A stretch of DNA of 57,476 bases, filler included, from Sphacelaria rigidula (lineage: Eukaryota), in assembly GCA_964200075.2 (NCBI GenBank). It is 7 parts of 7 records of this genome, joined end to end, with 100 filler letters (N's around TTAATTAATTAA, not from the genome) between each part and the next. Parts side by side here need not be neighbours in the genome. Positions count along the whole stretch, not along the records: positions 32,902 to 41,026 come from CAXNAA020012209.1; positions 41,127 to 49,251 come from CAXNAA020012210.1; 5 more parts are not named here. The stretch is one strand, 5' to 3'. Positions within the stretch are counted from its first letter, which is position 1. Each line of letters starts with the position of its first letter. The translations under genes and the position numbers were made by a program. The notes beneath the pieces were generated by a model. It saw nothing but the letters and a program-made list of their open reading frames with translations. It searched no databases and was not told the origin of the DNA. Shown piece after piece: positions 36,462-49,251 of the stretch.

Positions 36462-39400
36462 ATGGTGGTGTACAACTTCAAGAAGATGGCCCCGGTGCCC
36501 CCGGCGGATGACTTCATCGACATCATTCTCACGCGTACGCAGGTGACCTGAGTGTTTTGGGAGGGCTCCAAGGCGGCAGGCTGTTGCTGTTGCTGTTGCT
36601 GCTGCTTCCGCTTCTGCTGTGAATTATGTTGCTGTCGTTGCTTCTACCAACCCTCAGAGAGCGACCCCCCCGCAGGTGGACTGATTTGAACTATGCCCCA
36701 TTTGGGGTTCAGAACTGCTCTTTTCTCGCTACACAAAACGCCTTTTTCGGGAACATGTGGATGTTTGGCATCTACAGTAGTGGGCGGTCGAACTATTCAC
36801 ATTGTGGGATTTTGTGATTTTTTTCGTAAATGACGATTTTCTTTCGCTCTTTTCGCTCGCCACCGCTCATCACATTGGGGATCCCAAGATACTTGTATCC
36901 GCTCCACATTCCAAGAAAAAAGTTTATCTGTACTCAATATTGAGTGACTTACGGACTGACCGGTCATCGGGGGTCCTGCCACGTTTCAGCCTAGCTTGTT
37001 AGTCTTCGGTATTTTCGGTCGATCGAGCCTGTCCCGATCATATTTGCGAAGAAATATTCAGTTTTATTTCTTTTAAATTCTACCTCTTCATTGCTCTGGA
37101 GCAGAAAAGCCATGTTTCACGGTCAATAATACCCTCCTGATGAACGGGGTATTTACTCGTATCGCCCGATAACACCAACGAACACTGACTCGGGCACTGT
37201 GTTTCGTAGAGTTGGGGACTGGACCAGTATCTACTGACAGTATTCCTGTATTGCGTCAGAGGCTGCCAGGACAGCCAGTACATACCCATCTTACGCACGT
37301 CCTACATTATGCCTCCCAAAACACATGGAAACCCTACGAAACTGCGCCGCATGAGAGGCAGGAGAGGAGAGAGGTTGAGAACAGGGCACACACACACTAG
37401 AGGGAGACCACAGAATCGATGGACCAATATGTCACTGGCATCAGCAGCCCGCCCGCTTCAGACCCGAGCCCGGGGCCTCAGATCCCTGAACCCGCCCTGA
37501 ACCCGCCGCGGCCTCCAGCGAATCACGATTGTTCAAGTATTTTTCTGGGTATACGAACAACTATTTGAAGAAGAAACGTATTCACACCCGGGCAGGCATG
37601 ATCGAAGTGGCCCAAAATCACCCAAAAAATATTTTCTAGTGAAGCCAAATCGTGTAAAAATATGCCTCCGGCGGGGCCCCCTCACCAGCCGGGGGAGGCC
37701 GATGGTCGCGGCGCAGCTGCGACCACGCGGTTTCGCCGCGACATTAATGTACTGATAGGAACCAGTAAACTGCTTGCTCTCCGCAGCCACTTCACCTAGC
37801 ACTGGCGGGTAGTGCCAGTCCCCAACCCTAGTGTTTCGAGAATTATCTATTTATTGTACCAAAATCTACCGACGGTAGCAAGTTCGAGTTGTATCGAAGA
37901 GTAGTACGCGAGAAAACACCCCAAACACCCCGCAATAGTTAGACCGCCCACTACGGTTCATAGAAAATTGTCACGGAGAACCCGAGACCGGATTTGACCC
38001 TGCAGTCAATTGGGTGCAGATTCAGTATGTGTGTGCCATGTCTTGGCTGGATACAATGACAGGAGAAAAGGCAGCGTGCCGTCGCTATCCACTGAATTCA
38101 GTCTGCTGCATGCTGCTGATGTCTCTGCATGGTATTCTGCAATAGCACTACGGTGTGAAGCCATGCTGGCAACATATCGGGGGTCAGGCAGACGCCATAG
38201 ACCACGAGCAGAGTAGGAAGCACGTTGTTTGCGTCCATATCATTTATGGTTGAATCGCCAATACCGAAAGGAGAAATACGGCTAGATAGCGAAATAGTCC
38301 CTCTGTAGGGAAACAAAGTGAACAGTTTGATGGCCGTGATTGGTCAGAATTGTCACTCCGCCCCTCTCGGGCCTCCTTGTTGGCTTATAGTTTTCCTTGA
38401 GAAACTTCCATACACATGATCGACTTGGTGAGCTTTTCGGCTGTCGTGCAAATATGCCCTCACCCCCTAAAAACCCTCGGATGTCCTTGGACTGTCAGCC
38501 GGTGAAACTGTTCCGAGGCGACGCTCGCTGTCTAGGGGTTGACAAAATACGGCCGGGAATACTAGGTTTTGTTTCGTTGATTCCATTTGGATGATTTCTT
38601 ATCGGATTTCTTCAAATGTTTTTTTCATGTCTATTTTTTCTTCCCTCTGTCACCCCTGTCAATGAATGTCCACCACAGCGTAAAACTCCAACGGTGATCC
38701 ACCCTGGGTACAAGATCAGCCGCATCAGGTCGTTCTACATGCGGAAAGTAAAGTTCACGCAAGAGACCATCAGCGAGAGGCTGGGCGCTATCATCGGAGA
38801 CTTCCCACGGCTTGATGTGAGAGATATTCCGTAGTTGAGTCGACAAACTAAGTCAGGAAAGTATAAATGTATTTGATGGGTGTCTACGTAATTCCTGTGT
38901 ACGCGAGGCCTCCTTTCGGAACAAAATCGAAGACTGCCCTCGATGAATCCAGTATCCTCAACAGAATGGCTATCGGTCAGTTTGCTAACTCTGTTTGACC
39001 TGAAGATATTTATACATTGTCCCCCCCACTTTTCATCGAGCGTTTTCATGATGTTCACCTTTGAATACGTCTATGCTGTGGATGATGACCACCACCGGTT
39101 CCTTCAATGTCGGGAATCAGGATCAGTAAATTTGCGATGATTCAACAAATAGCCGCCGCGTCCTGGTGGTACATGTAAATCAAGATGAAAGAACAAGCAA
39201 ATCGAGCAGCTGGGAACTCCCACGCTTGGATTCGCATTGGCCAATGTCGTTCAAATGAATCGCCCTATGCAATCTGAAACCAGCCATCAAACGCTGTATG
39301 ACCATTTTCTTCATGACCGCTTTGGGGGCTGGTTTGGAGAGGTGCTATTAATAACGCGGTATCACTTTCCCGTCCTTGAAAACGTGTGGATGAGACGTAC

Positions 39401-40577
39401 GTGAGTAGCAAAGAACATCTGACAGGAGTCGGCGGGGTGCAAGAGTGCTGATGGTGGCATCCCGTGTATTCCGTCGCCCCCAAATCCTATCTAATGGCCT
39501 ATGGCGTCGTGGCTGATGCTACACCACTGATACGTGCATGTGGTTATATACTTCCTCTATCCCACAAGATAGCCCGTGGTGAAATATTGCGATAATGTAC
39601 CCAATACAGTTGTTTTCGACATATAGACCTCCAACATGTCTGCCACATATGGTTGCGATCATGTGAAGAAAAAAACGGGGGGGGGATCACATGTTATCAC
39701 CCCCGACGTGAAAAAATCATAAAGTGGGCTTATGTTGTTAGATATTCCGAAGGAGAGCCAGAGTTTTGGCAGGACTTTGGCTCGATGTGCGATACAGGGG
39801 GTAAAAGAAGCGGAAACCGCACCAACAGCATTAACAGCAGTCTGGTTCGTCGACATGATCTGTAATGCCCAAGAAGGCGGCCCGCAGGGTATCCTCGCTT
39901 GTTGACGGCTGCTACCCTTGGGAAGGCGGACTGCTGCGTGCTCAAATGGTGCTTTGGTGGCGGAAAACTGTAACATGACGGTTTCGGGCGGTTGTCCGAA
40001 ACGCCTCGGGAACCGTGAAATATACGTTCCTCCAAAAATGGATGGGAAGACTGTCAACCGGTAGATTCCGGTTGTGCACGACCGATACGCTCTGATCGCC
40101 GTGAGTGTAAGCTGCTTGTCTGTTGGGGGCTCGGCAAAAGCCTCGGTTTTGGGTTCTGCTACAAGACTTGAAAGAAAAAAAGAAAACGCTGGGGAAAAGC
40201 CGAAAATACGCTCGAGAAATGCGGCAAAACCTCCAAACGGGCTTATCTCGAGGGACAGAGGAAGCACTAATACACTGCGATGGTATTTTGTGGGGTGTGG
40301 GGTTTGGTGTGTTTCCTTGTTTTGTTTTGTTTTGTTTTGTTTTGTTTTTAATATGGGAAATACAATATGGTCTTGCGTTGTGCCTTTTTGCCCTTTTTTC
40401 TTCCCTTTTATCTTGTGCACGCCGCCGCCCTGCTACAGGATATCCACCCGTTCTACGCAGACCTGTTGAACATCCTCTACGACCGGGACCACTACAAGCT
40501 AGCCCTGGGGCAGATGAACATGGCCAAAAAACTGGTGGAGGCGCTCAGCCGCGACTACGTCCGCCTGCTCAAGTACG
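36462..40577 (+). CDS. NOG1: Nucleolar GTP-binding protein 1 (NOG1/GTPBP4), exons 1-3; the rest lies beyond the contig end
   Basis: Exons 36462-36542 ([27 protein letters not shown]), 38679-38816 ([46 protein letters not shown]) and 40439-40577 ([46 protein letters not shown]) form the conserved NOG1 N-terminal domain, with GT-AG introns in phase. Confidence 0.97.
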
Positions 40578-40972
40578 GTGAGTGCTCCGTGCCTTACCCA
40601 TTATGCGTCCATCCTACTTTCAATATAGCTGCATAAGATGAGTCTCTGTTCGTTGCGCACCTGGAATGGGAAACAAAAACGCGGGAAGACAAAATGAAGT
40701 CAATGTGATATCATACTGAAAAGGCGTTCTTACGTCTACCCAGCATGCGCGTATCTGAGAATCCTATTACGCATGGGGCTTTACTTCATTCACCATGTCA
40801 GGATACGCGCACCCTTTTTTCCCCTTCCGTCTCACTTCTACCCCCTCCCCTTCCTCGAGTGAGGGTGGGAGTAAAGATTTGGGTATTTGTTTACGGTGAC
40901 CACCACTGAACACGGGGCGGAACGGTTGACGCGCAACATAGCATCAACCAATGTCTGTCCGGAGAATTATTC

Positions 40973-41026
40973 CGAGGGTCGGACAAATAATGATTCGTCT
41001 GGAAATTACTTGGTTTTAGTATAATG
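40973..41026. mobile_element. hAT-type MITE family A, terminal fragment
   Basis: cgagggtcggacaaataatgattcgtctggaaattacttggttttag matches 33334-33380. Confidence 0.75.
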
Positions 41027-41126
41027 NNNNNNNNNNNNNNNNNNNNNNNNNNNNNNNNNNNNNNNNNNNNTTAATTAATTAANNNNNNNNNNNNNNNNNN
41101 NNNNNNNNNNNNNNNNNNNNNNNNNN
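41027..41126. other. Artificial contig linker
   Basis: N44-TTAATTAATTAA-N44. Confidence 0.98.
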
Positions 41127-41582
41127 CCATAGCCCGCCCTAGCACTGCCTCAAAACCTCCTCGGCTCTACTTCTCCAACTCCTCGCGACGTGAACACGCC
41201 TTGGGCTGGTCTTGTTTGCTGGAAACTGATCAGGCCTGCAGACTTCCCTATCTTGAAGTGTCAGCTGCTTTTCAGCGTACCTACCGCCTTTCAGCGGACT
41301 TAATGAACCTTCATCATAAACTTCTGTCACTCGAGATCAGATCGCCATGTGGACTCCTCCCATCACGGGCACATGGACTTCACCAGCTTCAGTCATTCAT
41401 GTATTAACCTTTAGAATATGCAGGAGAACAGGATCATAGCCTCTCTCCACCAGAGTAGCAAAACCGGCTCTACACCTCATGGAGGTCACCCATCACAGAT
41501 TCTGGCAATCAGACCCGTAACTCCACCTACAGAATGTCCCTAACCTTACGTAACAATGGTGGCTAGAGTCTGCAGAGCACAC

Positions 41583-41712
41583 GGGGTAGCGCAAAGGTGT
41601 CGCTTTGCCTTCTCGGACCCGGCTGTCACGTATCTAGTGTTCTTGGTTAACGGATCTAAGCATCCCCTTCGATGAGTAATTTTAGGCAGCACATGAGCTG
41701 TCCGACGCGTGA
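41583..41712 (+). repeat. Unclassified dispersed repeat; the second copy at 52190-52757 is split by a MITE
   Basis: gtagcgcaaagg...cttctcggaccc.gctgtcacgtat and catgagctgtccg occur in both copies. Confidence 0.65.
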
Positions 41713-42109
41713 CTTGTTACGATCGGGCTAGCAGCGATTAAAACACCGTTGTGCATCTCTCGATGTGCCGTCCTTCCCGACTCGATTGGTGCACACTACG
41801 GGTACTCGATGGATTGTCCTTTGCGTGTAAATGTAGCGACACGTCCTTTGCTGCTCTGCGGGCGAGAAGGCGGGAAGCTCCCTGTTGAAAGGAAGGCACA
41901 GTGATGTATTCGTGGGCGGAGCGCGTGGGGCGGTGGGGCGGCACTGTTTTGGGCTGTACTGCTCGGTCGAGACTTCGGAGCGCCATGTACTGTAGTATGA
42001 ATGTGCTACGCCGTTGTTTTTTCCAGTTCGATGTTTGCTGTCTTACGCACTCTTCTTCTTTTTGTTGTGTGTGTGTGTATGCCTTTCCGGGTCTGCATCG
42101 TTACAACAG

Positions 42110-45100
42110 GGCACAAATGTTGTTGCGACGTACTCGCATGGCCTCGCTTCTGGGCAGTGCAGTCGGGGTGACCTTGGGGTGTCTCATCGGAATGTTTCCG
42201 CTTCTGCTCATGCCCGCTGCCGAGACGGTCGAAGCGGTGAAGCGAAAAGAAAAGGTGCGTTGCGCAGACGCATTTTGTTGGTGCCACATTATGCTGCACC
42301 ATGTATTCTGATACGTAACCCGTTTCAGAAGTCGAAGTGAAGCGATAAGAACGGCCATCTCTCGACTGCGTGATGTGACGCATGAAAATGTGCATGGTCA
42401 TCCCGACATGTTGTCGTGTCTAGGCGGATTCGGCTTCCTGGACGAATTGAATATGTGGTATGGTAGCTCTCCAAGGGTCAGACGAATCATCGCTGGCTGG
42501 AATCGCCAAAGCTACGATTTCTGAGACCTGATCGCTCGAAAGACAGAAAAACGTCGACCGCGGGTCAGCAAAGTCTGCACGCAAAGGTTGAGCTATTTTT
42601 CCATGTGCCTGGGGTGCGGGTACCTGGCGTGCAACGCTGAAAACAAAGTCAAAATGGATTGGTCGATTCGTACGGTACGAATCAATGACACTGAGAGCAA
42701 GTGCATTGAAGACGAATCATTATGCGTCCGACCCTTGTAGTTGTCCACATTGGTGACTCTTCGCTCGATAGGACTTGATGGTGCAAGGTATCGTGAGGGA
42801 GGATATACCATAACTTCAGTGTTTCAGTTTTGCCTTTTTTTGGGTACGTCTATCATGCGACCACGGCTGGACCCATGGGCGGTCAGTTAACGTGCGAAAA
42901 TCAGTCAATAAAAAAAATAGCATAGTCAAGAAAGTCATAACGCAAACAGCGGGTGTCAGGTCCCGCGCCCCCTTATTTTTCGCGCGCATCGACTCTACAA
43001 CTCACAGCGCGCACCGGCTGAACAAACGAACGGCTATAATAGTAACCCGTCCTAATTCTTGGGACATGCAGTCTACCCGCAATCTCACAGATCAAAGGAA
43101 CGACGCTTTCAAAAGCAGCCTGGCGGAAGGGAAAACCACGGGCACGGTTTTCGTTATTCCCCATCTCTCCTGGTATGGTCAAGGCCGCCGTGTGCTCTCG
43201 TGATCTTGTGACGCTGTACCTTGCATCGCAGGTTGTTGGCCTTATCGACGCAGTGGTAAAAGAAGCCGCTTCTTTCTTGTCGGCGACGAGCGCGACTCTT
43301 TTTATCCTCGACCGAGAAACGGGCACGCTTTGGGCTAGGCGACGAGGGCTACCGGGTACCCCGAACGCCGATCACATGCAGGTAGATGCATACACGATAT
43401 CGGAAATGCTTCGCGGCGCGCTTCCGGTGGGACGTTGTCAACGCGCAAAAACTATGACAAAAATGCAAACCATCCATGTCATGTCAAAAACCGCATTATT
43501 TACCAGCTTCGGCATACCCATGATGCCGTTGCTGTATGAGCGCGACTACGAAAGTACTCCGTTCCCCCGAACCCGACCCCTACATGAAGACAACAGACGG
43601 AACATTGAGACCTGATGGCGTGTTCACCACGGTGATCCCTCGCGCCCGCTTCTTCCCGGCGTGTTAGGATCTGAAAATAGACCTGAGCGAACGCGGGCCG
43701 GTGTCGGGGGCAGCTAGGACAGGAGAGCCTGTGTGTTTGCGTGCGGGAGGGGAAGGCGCCGGATCGTCAATGTTGTGTATGCCTGTGTTCGGCGCGGATG
43801 GAGCAGTGGCGGGAGTGGTGCAGGTTGTGGGGAAAAAGGGTGACGGAGGCACGAGCAGTGGAGGGTGGGTGCCAGGGTTGTTGCTAGCTTTTCTGGTAAC
43901 CAGATTTGAACTAAAATTGCTTCATCAGAGAAATGTTCCGCGGCGTGCTGACTCTTTCAAGTAGTGGTAGCAGCAGCAGCAGTAGTGGTCTTTTGTGACA
44001 ATCAGAGTGGTCATCTGAGCGATGTGTGCCGTGAGGTATCACACATGATTTGGTCAACTCTTTCTGGACCGAACCCCTACTAACCAGAGGTGAACCCTTA
44101 GTTTGCACGCGGGGTCCATTTGTGAATCGGTATGATTTCCAGTAGTTTTCAAGTGACAATTATGCCGATTCACAATCGACCCTCACCCCCAGTTAGCCCC
44201 CTCCCGTCTCAAAGGACTTATGTCAATGACGTGAAAACAGGCTGCAGGTAGGAGCCTACTTTGTACAGTAAGTGTTGCTGGTGCTCGCCGTTCGCATACT
44301 GCGATTTCGTGGTTTCCAACATGCTGCTGGAAAAGTGTGTGTCTGCATGATTTGCCAACATGCTATGAAAGACCGGTACCAGCGCAGAGGAGGGGCGAAC
44401 GAAAGAAGGGATGATGATTTTGCAATGGTTATTCGTGCTGGCTCAGATCCAGCATTCATGTTAGTCGCTGCGCGAGTAATGGTAGCCAACTTTCTGCACT
44501 CTCCCAACCTCCTTTTCCCTTGTCAATTTCATATCTCCAGATTCACGGCAGAAGATGCCAAGGACCTCTCAGCCCTCTGCTCCCACATCAGCGTCGCGTT
44601 GGAGAACATCAAGAGGGCGGATGAAGCTGACGAGGTTGGTATCCATGGAGTCAGGAATCGCTGTACTACCAGGAGCAAAAGGCCTGAAGGTCTAAAATAT
44701 CGTACAGTACTGGTGCACCGTTTTTCTTGCATGGTATATCAAGCAGGATGCTCGCAGATGGTTTACTCGCCGCACCGCCGCACTCGGTTTTCACCGGACC
44801 CAGCAGTAGTCACGACTGCCGCGCGGCCGTGGACGTTAAAGACAGGTCGTACACAACATGTTTCGTTATCCGCGTATCCTGTTACAGGGATCTGGCACCG
44901 GGAGTGTGTTCACCAAAGTTTAGTATGAAGTGGAGCTTGAGGCTGGAGATGCCAAACAGAGTGTGCTCGGTAGGGTGACGGTAGGCGACCACCCATCACT
45001 CGTACATCACACGTGTCCCCCGACACGCCAGATACGGTGGTAAATCTCGCCGCGTGTAACTGTCAAAACATAATGCATAAATGCGTTGCTACTGTACCGT

Positions 45101-46460
45101 TGATCCCAAGATCGTAAAAGCCAGTGATGATCCTGTTCACGCGAATTTTCACTGGTCCGGCGAAAACCCGGCGTGCTCCGTCCAAATTCAATGACCGAAT
45201 ATACTTCCGTCCCATAAGTCTGGTCGGTTATGGGTGTTTTTTTGTTTGAGTGGAACGGTGTTGACGATTACCCTATAGTTGGGTTTTATAGAAAGATAAA
45301 ACGCAGAGGTAGCGGATAAAAAAAAGTTCGTTTTCAATACTAAAATTCGGTCAGAATATACCCCATTTTGGCCATTTTTGAGAATTTGTATGAGAATTTT
45401 TGTTTGAACTCGTGATTACCGCCCCACATCTAGCCCACAGACATCACAATATGGTGGACTTGCCCCCGAGTACCCCCCCCCCCCTCCCCTCGCAAAACGG
45501 GCGGTGAGCTCCCATTGGGTCGCCGCTATGCGATTGAGATGGAGGTTGCGCTCGCTATTCCACCGGGCAAGACTAGGATGCCCAAGGGCTCACTAGGGTC
45601 AATTTGCGAACGCTACGGTGTTGGTCCCGCGTACCCGACTAAATTGTGGATAAACGCCAGAGCCCAGATGGGCGCTACCAAGGAGGTCGATCTTTCGAAC
45701 AGCGCAAGAACTGAACGTCCGTCGCTCCTCACGCCCACCAAGGTGGCGGCGCTGAAGAAGGTCAACAAGCAGAATCGGCCATTTTTTGGCCGATTCGAAA
45801 GGGGCGAAATACGGCCATTTTTTGGCCGACTGATTTTTTTGCGGCCGTTCGGCCGCATGTTTCAACAGCGTGCTGCAGAAACAAAATGTTGTTCCACCTC
45901 AAGAAGCGGCGAAGAAATCGAAAAAAACATAAAAAATCAGATCGGACAACGTTAAGGGCTCGTATAAACATAACCGACCAGACTTATGGGACAGAGGGAG
46001 TATCTACATCGATACCGAGGTCCTCTATGTCTTCTCTCACTGCCGTTTTCGTGTGACGGAAGCATACCCAGCTGGCCACCAGGGTAGGCGTATCTTGAGG
46101 GTGTGATTTCTTTGTGCGTGTGTGGGCCGCACTGTCGACGTGAAAGTGCGTAACCGTTTCGCTCCCCCACCCCCAAAATGTGAGGTCGGCCGGCAGAAAC
46201 GGCTCGACGTGTTTTCAACTCGCTCCGCCACATATGATACAAAGCTCACGCCATGACCTGTTTCTCCGCTCGTGCTTTTCTGCATGCTATCTTGCCCTGT
46301 TTTTGTCGCTCAGGTAGATCTAACCGAGACTATCTCGCTTATGCGGTCCTACGGCGGGGTAAGCAAGAAGCACCCCTTCCCTCAACACCGCTCGACAAGT
46401 GCCGGCCCCCAACTCGGGCACCACGCCGCCTACCCCCCTAATCACCACCCCGCAAAGTGA
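42110..46460 (+). CDS. TMEM65: TMEM65-family membrane protein fused to a C-terminal GAF domain; 5' exons outside the contig
   Basis: In-phase GT-AG exons: 42110-42254 (AQMLLRRTRMASLLGSAVGVTLGCLIGMFPLLLMP, the TMEM65 terminal helix TR...G.AVGVT.GC..GMFPL), 43232-43381 (EAASFLSATSATLFILDRETGTLW), 43668-43864 (SMLCMPVFGADGAVAGVVQVVGKK), 44541-44634 (FTAEDAKDLSALCSHISVALENI) and probably 46314-46460 (stop; a further donor at 46358 is possible). Confidence 0.85.
42472..42737. mobile_element. hAT-type MITE family A, complete (intronic)
   Basis: TIR caagggtcagacg / cgtccgacccttg; flanks tagctctc / tagttgtc (6 of 8). Confidence 0.85.
45204..46000 (+). mobile_element. Internally deleted Tc1/mariner element with Stowaway-type TIRs and a transposase N-terminal remnant
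   Basis: TA-flanked TIRs cttccgtcccataagtctggtcggttatg / cataaccgaccagacttatgggacagagggag. The internal ORF ~45515-45780 (R.....L...GRMPKG.L..I..RYGV.....KLW...RPSLLTP) resembles a mariner DNA-binding region. Confidence 0.85.
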
Positions 46461-49251
46461 AACCGCACCGAGCAAGCGATGAACACACCGTGCGAATGTT
46501 GTTTGCAGAATTGACCACGTGCTTTGTATGCTCTTGTACACCCCTTCTGCCGAGAACTGTACAAGGCGCATTTTTTGTTGCCATGTTTGAAGATACAGCA
46601 GCGCGTGCTTGTGCGTGACGTAAGCACAGTTCGAGACATGTACATTATCAGCGATAGTGTGCGTGGCTTATCTGTCTACTAGTATGCTCTGCAACGGTGG
46701 ACATGGGGCGCTAAATGTAGAATGTTGCTATAATCCAGAGTCTTCCGGAGTGAGGGGAAGTAGGCGCAGAGTTGTACCAGTCGTTTTTTACGGAGGGAAA
46801 TTGAGCGATGAAAGCCTTGAGCTTGTTTCGTTTGCTATGGTGGCTGTTGGAGCTACTGCGGTGTCCTGTTCACTTGTCGGTGTTGATAGCGTACATGTCC
46901 TTCTGCTAGGGCTAAGTGTCGTGGCGTATTGTCTTCGTGTACCTGAATTGCGTGATTGGGATCCTTAGCAGGCTGGCTCAAGTCAGAACCTCGCAAAAAT
47001 TGTCGGCTAACGGCTTCTCCACACATACACGCGCACGAAGCTGATGAATACAAACTATTTTTAAGCTCCTCAGTATATAGGGGTGAACGTGAAGTGGCCT
47101 CCTTTTGAGTGCCTACATGTGGTGTGACGCCAGCGTCGTGCGACACAGCGGGAAAAATTGTGTCAAATTCAGTTTGGGTAAATCTCCGGAACCAAGTACA
47201 CCGCTGTTTTGGGTCGTGATCTCATGACTGCGCCGAATGTTATTGTTGCACTAGATATGCACTGCGACCGGTGGCGTGCATCCAGCACAAGGTCGTGCTA
47301 AGGGCGGGACGCGATTCGTAGCCTACGCGAAAGTTAGGAAGGCACTCGGAGGTGAGGTATGAGGGGTTGAGCCACGCACGTTATCGCTGGCAGCCGAAAT
47401 ACTGCTATTTTCCTGCCGCAACTCCATCACATGCCCTACAATTTGGGACATTTTCCCGTTTGCTCCATTTCCTAGGCCGTTTGTTGGATAGTCAGCAAAA
47501 ATGATATTGTGCCGGGGCGCTTCGATGAAGACCGAGGTCATCGGTGTGTAGGTGTTTCTCCTTTAGCTTTTACCGTTGTCGTGGGGTCTCTACCTAAGGG
47601 TGCACGAAAAACAAATCCCGCACACCTACGTATCCCCACCGCAGGGCTGAAAAAACGTTTTTCTAGTTCACATGTTCTTCCTTCTGCCTTTGGCAATATT
47701 TTCGTGAGATTGAACGTAGAACGGTGTTTGGGAGTGGGTTCTATCAATAAAGTTAGCTTGACAAATGTTTCATGTTGTGCGCTTTTCTTTGCCTCCATCA
47801 TTGGCGTGTGCTTACAGCTACACGTCGATATCGCACTCAGGGATATCAAGGACTTCGGTGGCAATCTACTTGCTATACAGAGAGCGCATCGGACCTCGTG
47901 GAGGCGCATTTCGGAACTGGAACGATTCATTCATTCATTGATTGCTTCTCACTCTCAATCGTATCCTCTATTCTCAATCTCACGAAAATGTTGCTCTAAT
48001 CCCCCTCTCAATTGGTGTGCACAACGCTCATCACCACTCAAACACGTGCTAAATACCCACTTGTTGGAAACACCCGCATGCTGCTGTGGGTTAGCTTGGC
48101 TATTTTATTTTATGATTGACAGTGAAGACGATCCCCAACGAAGAACATCCACTGTGGAAACCTTGGACGGAAGTTTTAAAAAACAAGCATTCCAATTTCA
48201 CAAAGTGAAGTTGGTTTCTACTGGGGGTAAAAATTCGATCGACTGAGAGGTTTTTCGCGATTCCGTTTTTGCCCCGTGATTATTGCCATCGGATCCTTGC
48301 TGTAGTTTCTTTGCGTCGTGATTCTTGCCATCGGATCCTTGCGATAGTGTTTTTGCTAGATTTTTCCGGTCTAAAATCCTTCTCGATTTCGTTTTATTGG
48401 GAATACCAAACGCATCTTGCTCCAAGGGGCATCTGGACACACAGCAGTTGCCGATGCCTACCTAGTATCATCCTCCAAATCGAAGTCTTGAGTGAGAATC
48501 CCAGCCACGGCCCAGCGTTGCGTGCCCATGTACAGGGATGATGTACGGTATATCACACTCAAAATGGAGGTGACTTCACCACTTGATAGTCGACAGGTAT
48601 ATCTCGGAAATTTATGGTTTGCGCAGGTGCTGATGCATTTCGAAGAACACTAACCCCAACCCCAACGAAGACATACCGAGAACCCTTGGGCACGGGGGGT
48701 GCGACGTGTTCCCTAGGCGAAGTATGCGTTGCCAGACCTCAAATCGGCGCTCCAGGCGCAACGCGTTCTGTGCACGCTAGGAGCACGCCAGGAGCAGGGT
48801 AGTCTATCTGGATCACGCATACTTTTTCAAGTGAATACTGATCCCGATTCAGCAGGCGACCTACCCTCGGGGTCAAAGGGTCAAAGATCCAGATTTCGGT
48901 GTCTAGGCTAAAATCCAATTTGCTTCGGCTCAAGAATTCTGGTATTATGTGTTGTCCCGTTTCTACGTACGGCAGTGTCCCACTAGAGATACCGCAAATT
49001 AAAATACCTGCGACGAAAAACAAATCGAAATCAATGCGGTATGCACTAGGTGCATTTTTTGTCCCCATCAACTCATCAACCACTACATACTATTAATCAG
49101 GCTAACCCGAAAGTCGACGCTGACGATTATGTTATTACTATCCCCTGCGGAGCTATCCACCTCTCCCCCTACTGTTACGGTAGAGCTACTCCGCACAGTC
49201 ACCTATCCACTTTTTGCACCCTGGTTCCACCCTTTCTTGAGCGACGGGGCG

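Noticed and set aside
39659-40581. Long ORFs (253, 152 and 131 aa) around NOG1 exon 3
   Set aside because: They are intronic or antisense low-complexity frames with no recognisable domain.
36462-46460. NOG1 continuing into the exons at 42110-46460
   Set aside because: The two lie on different contigs, and the downstream exons encode TMEM65/GAF rather than GTPase motifs.
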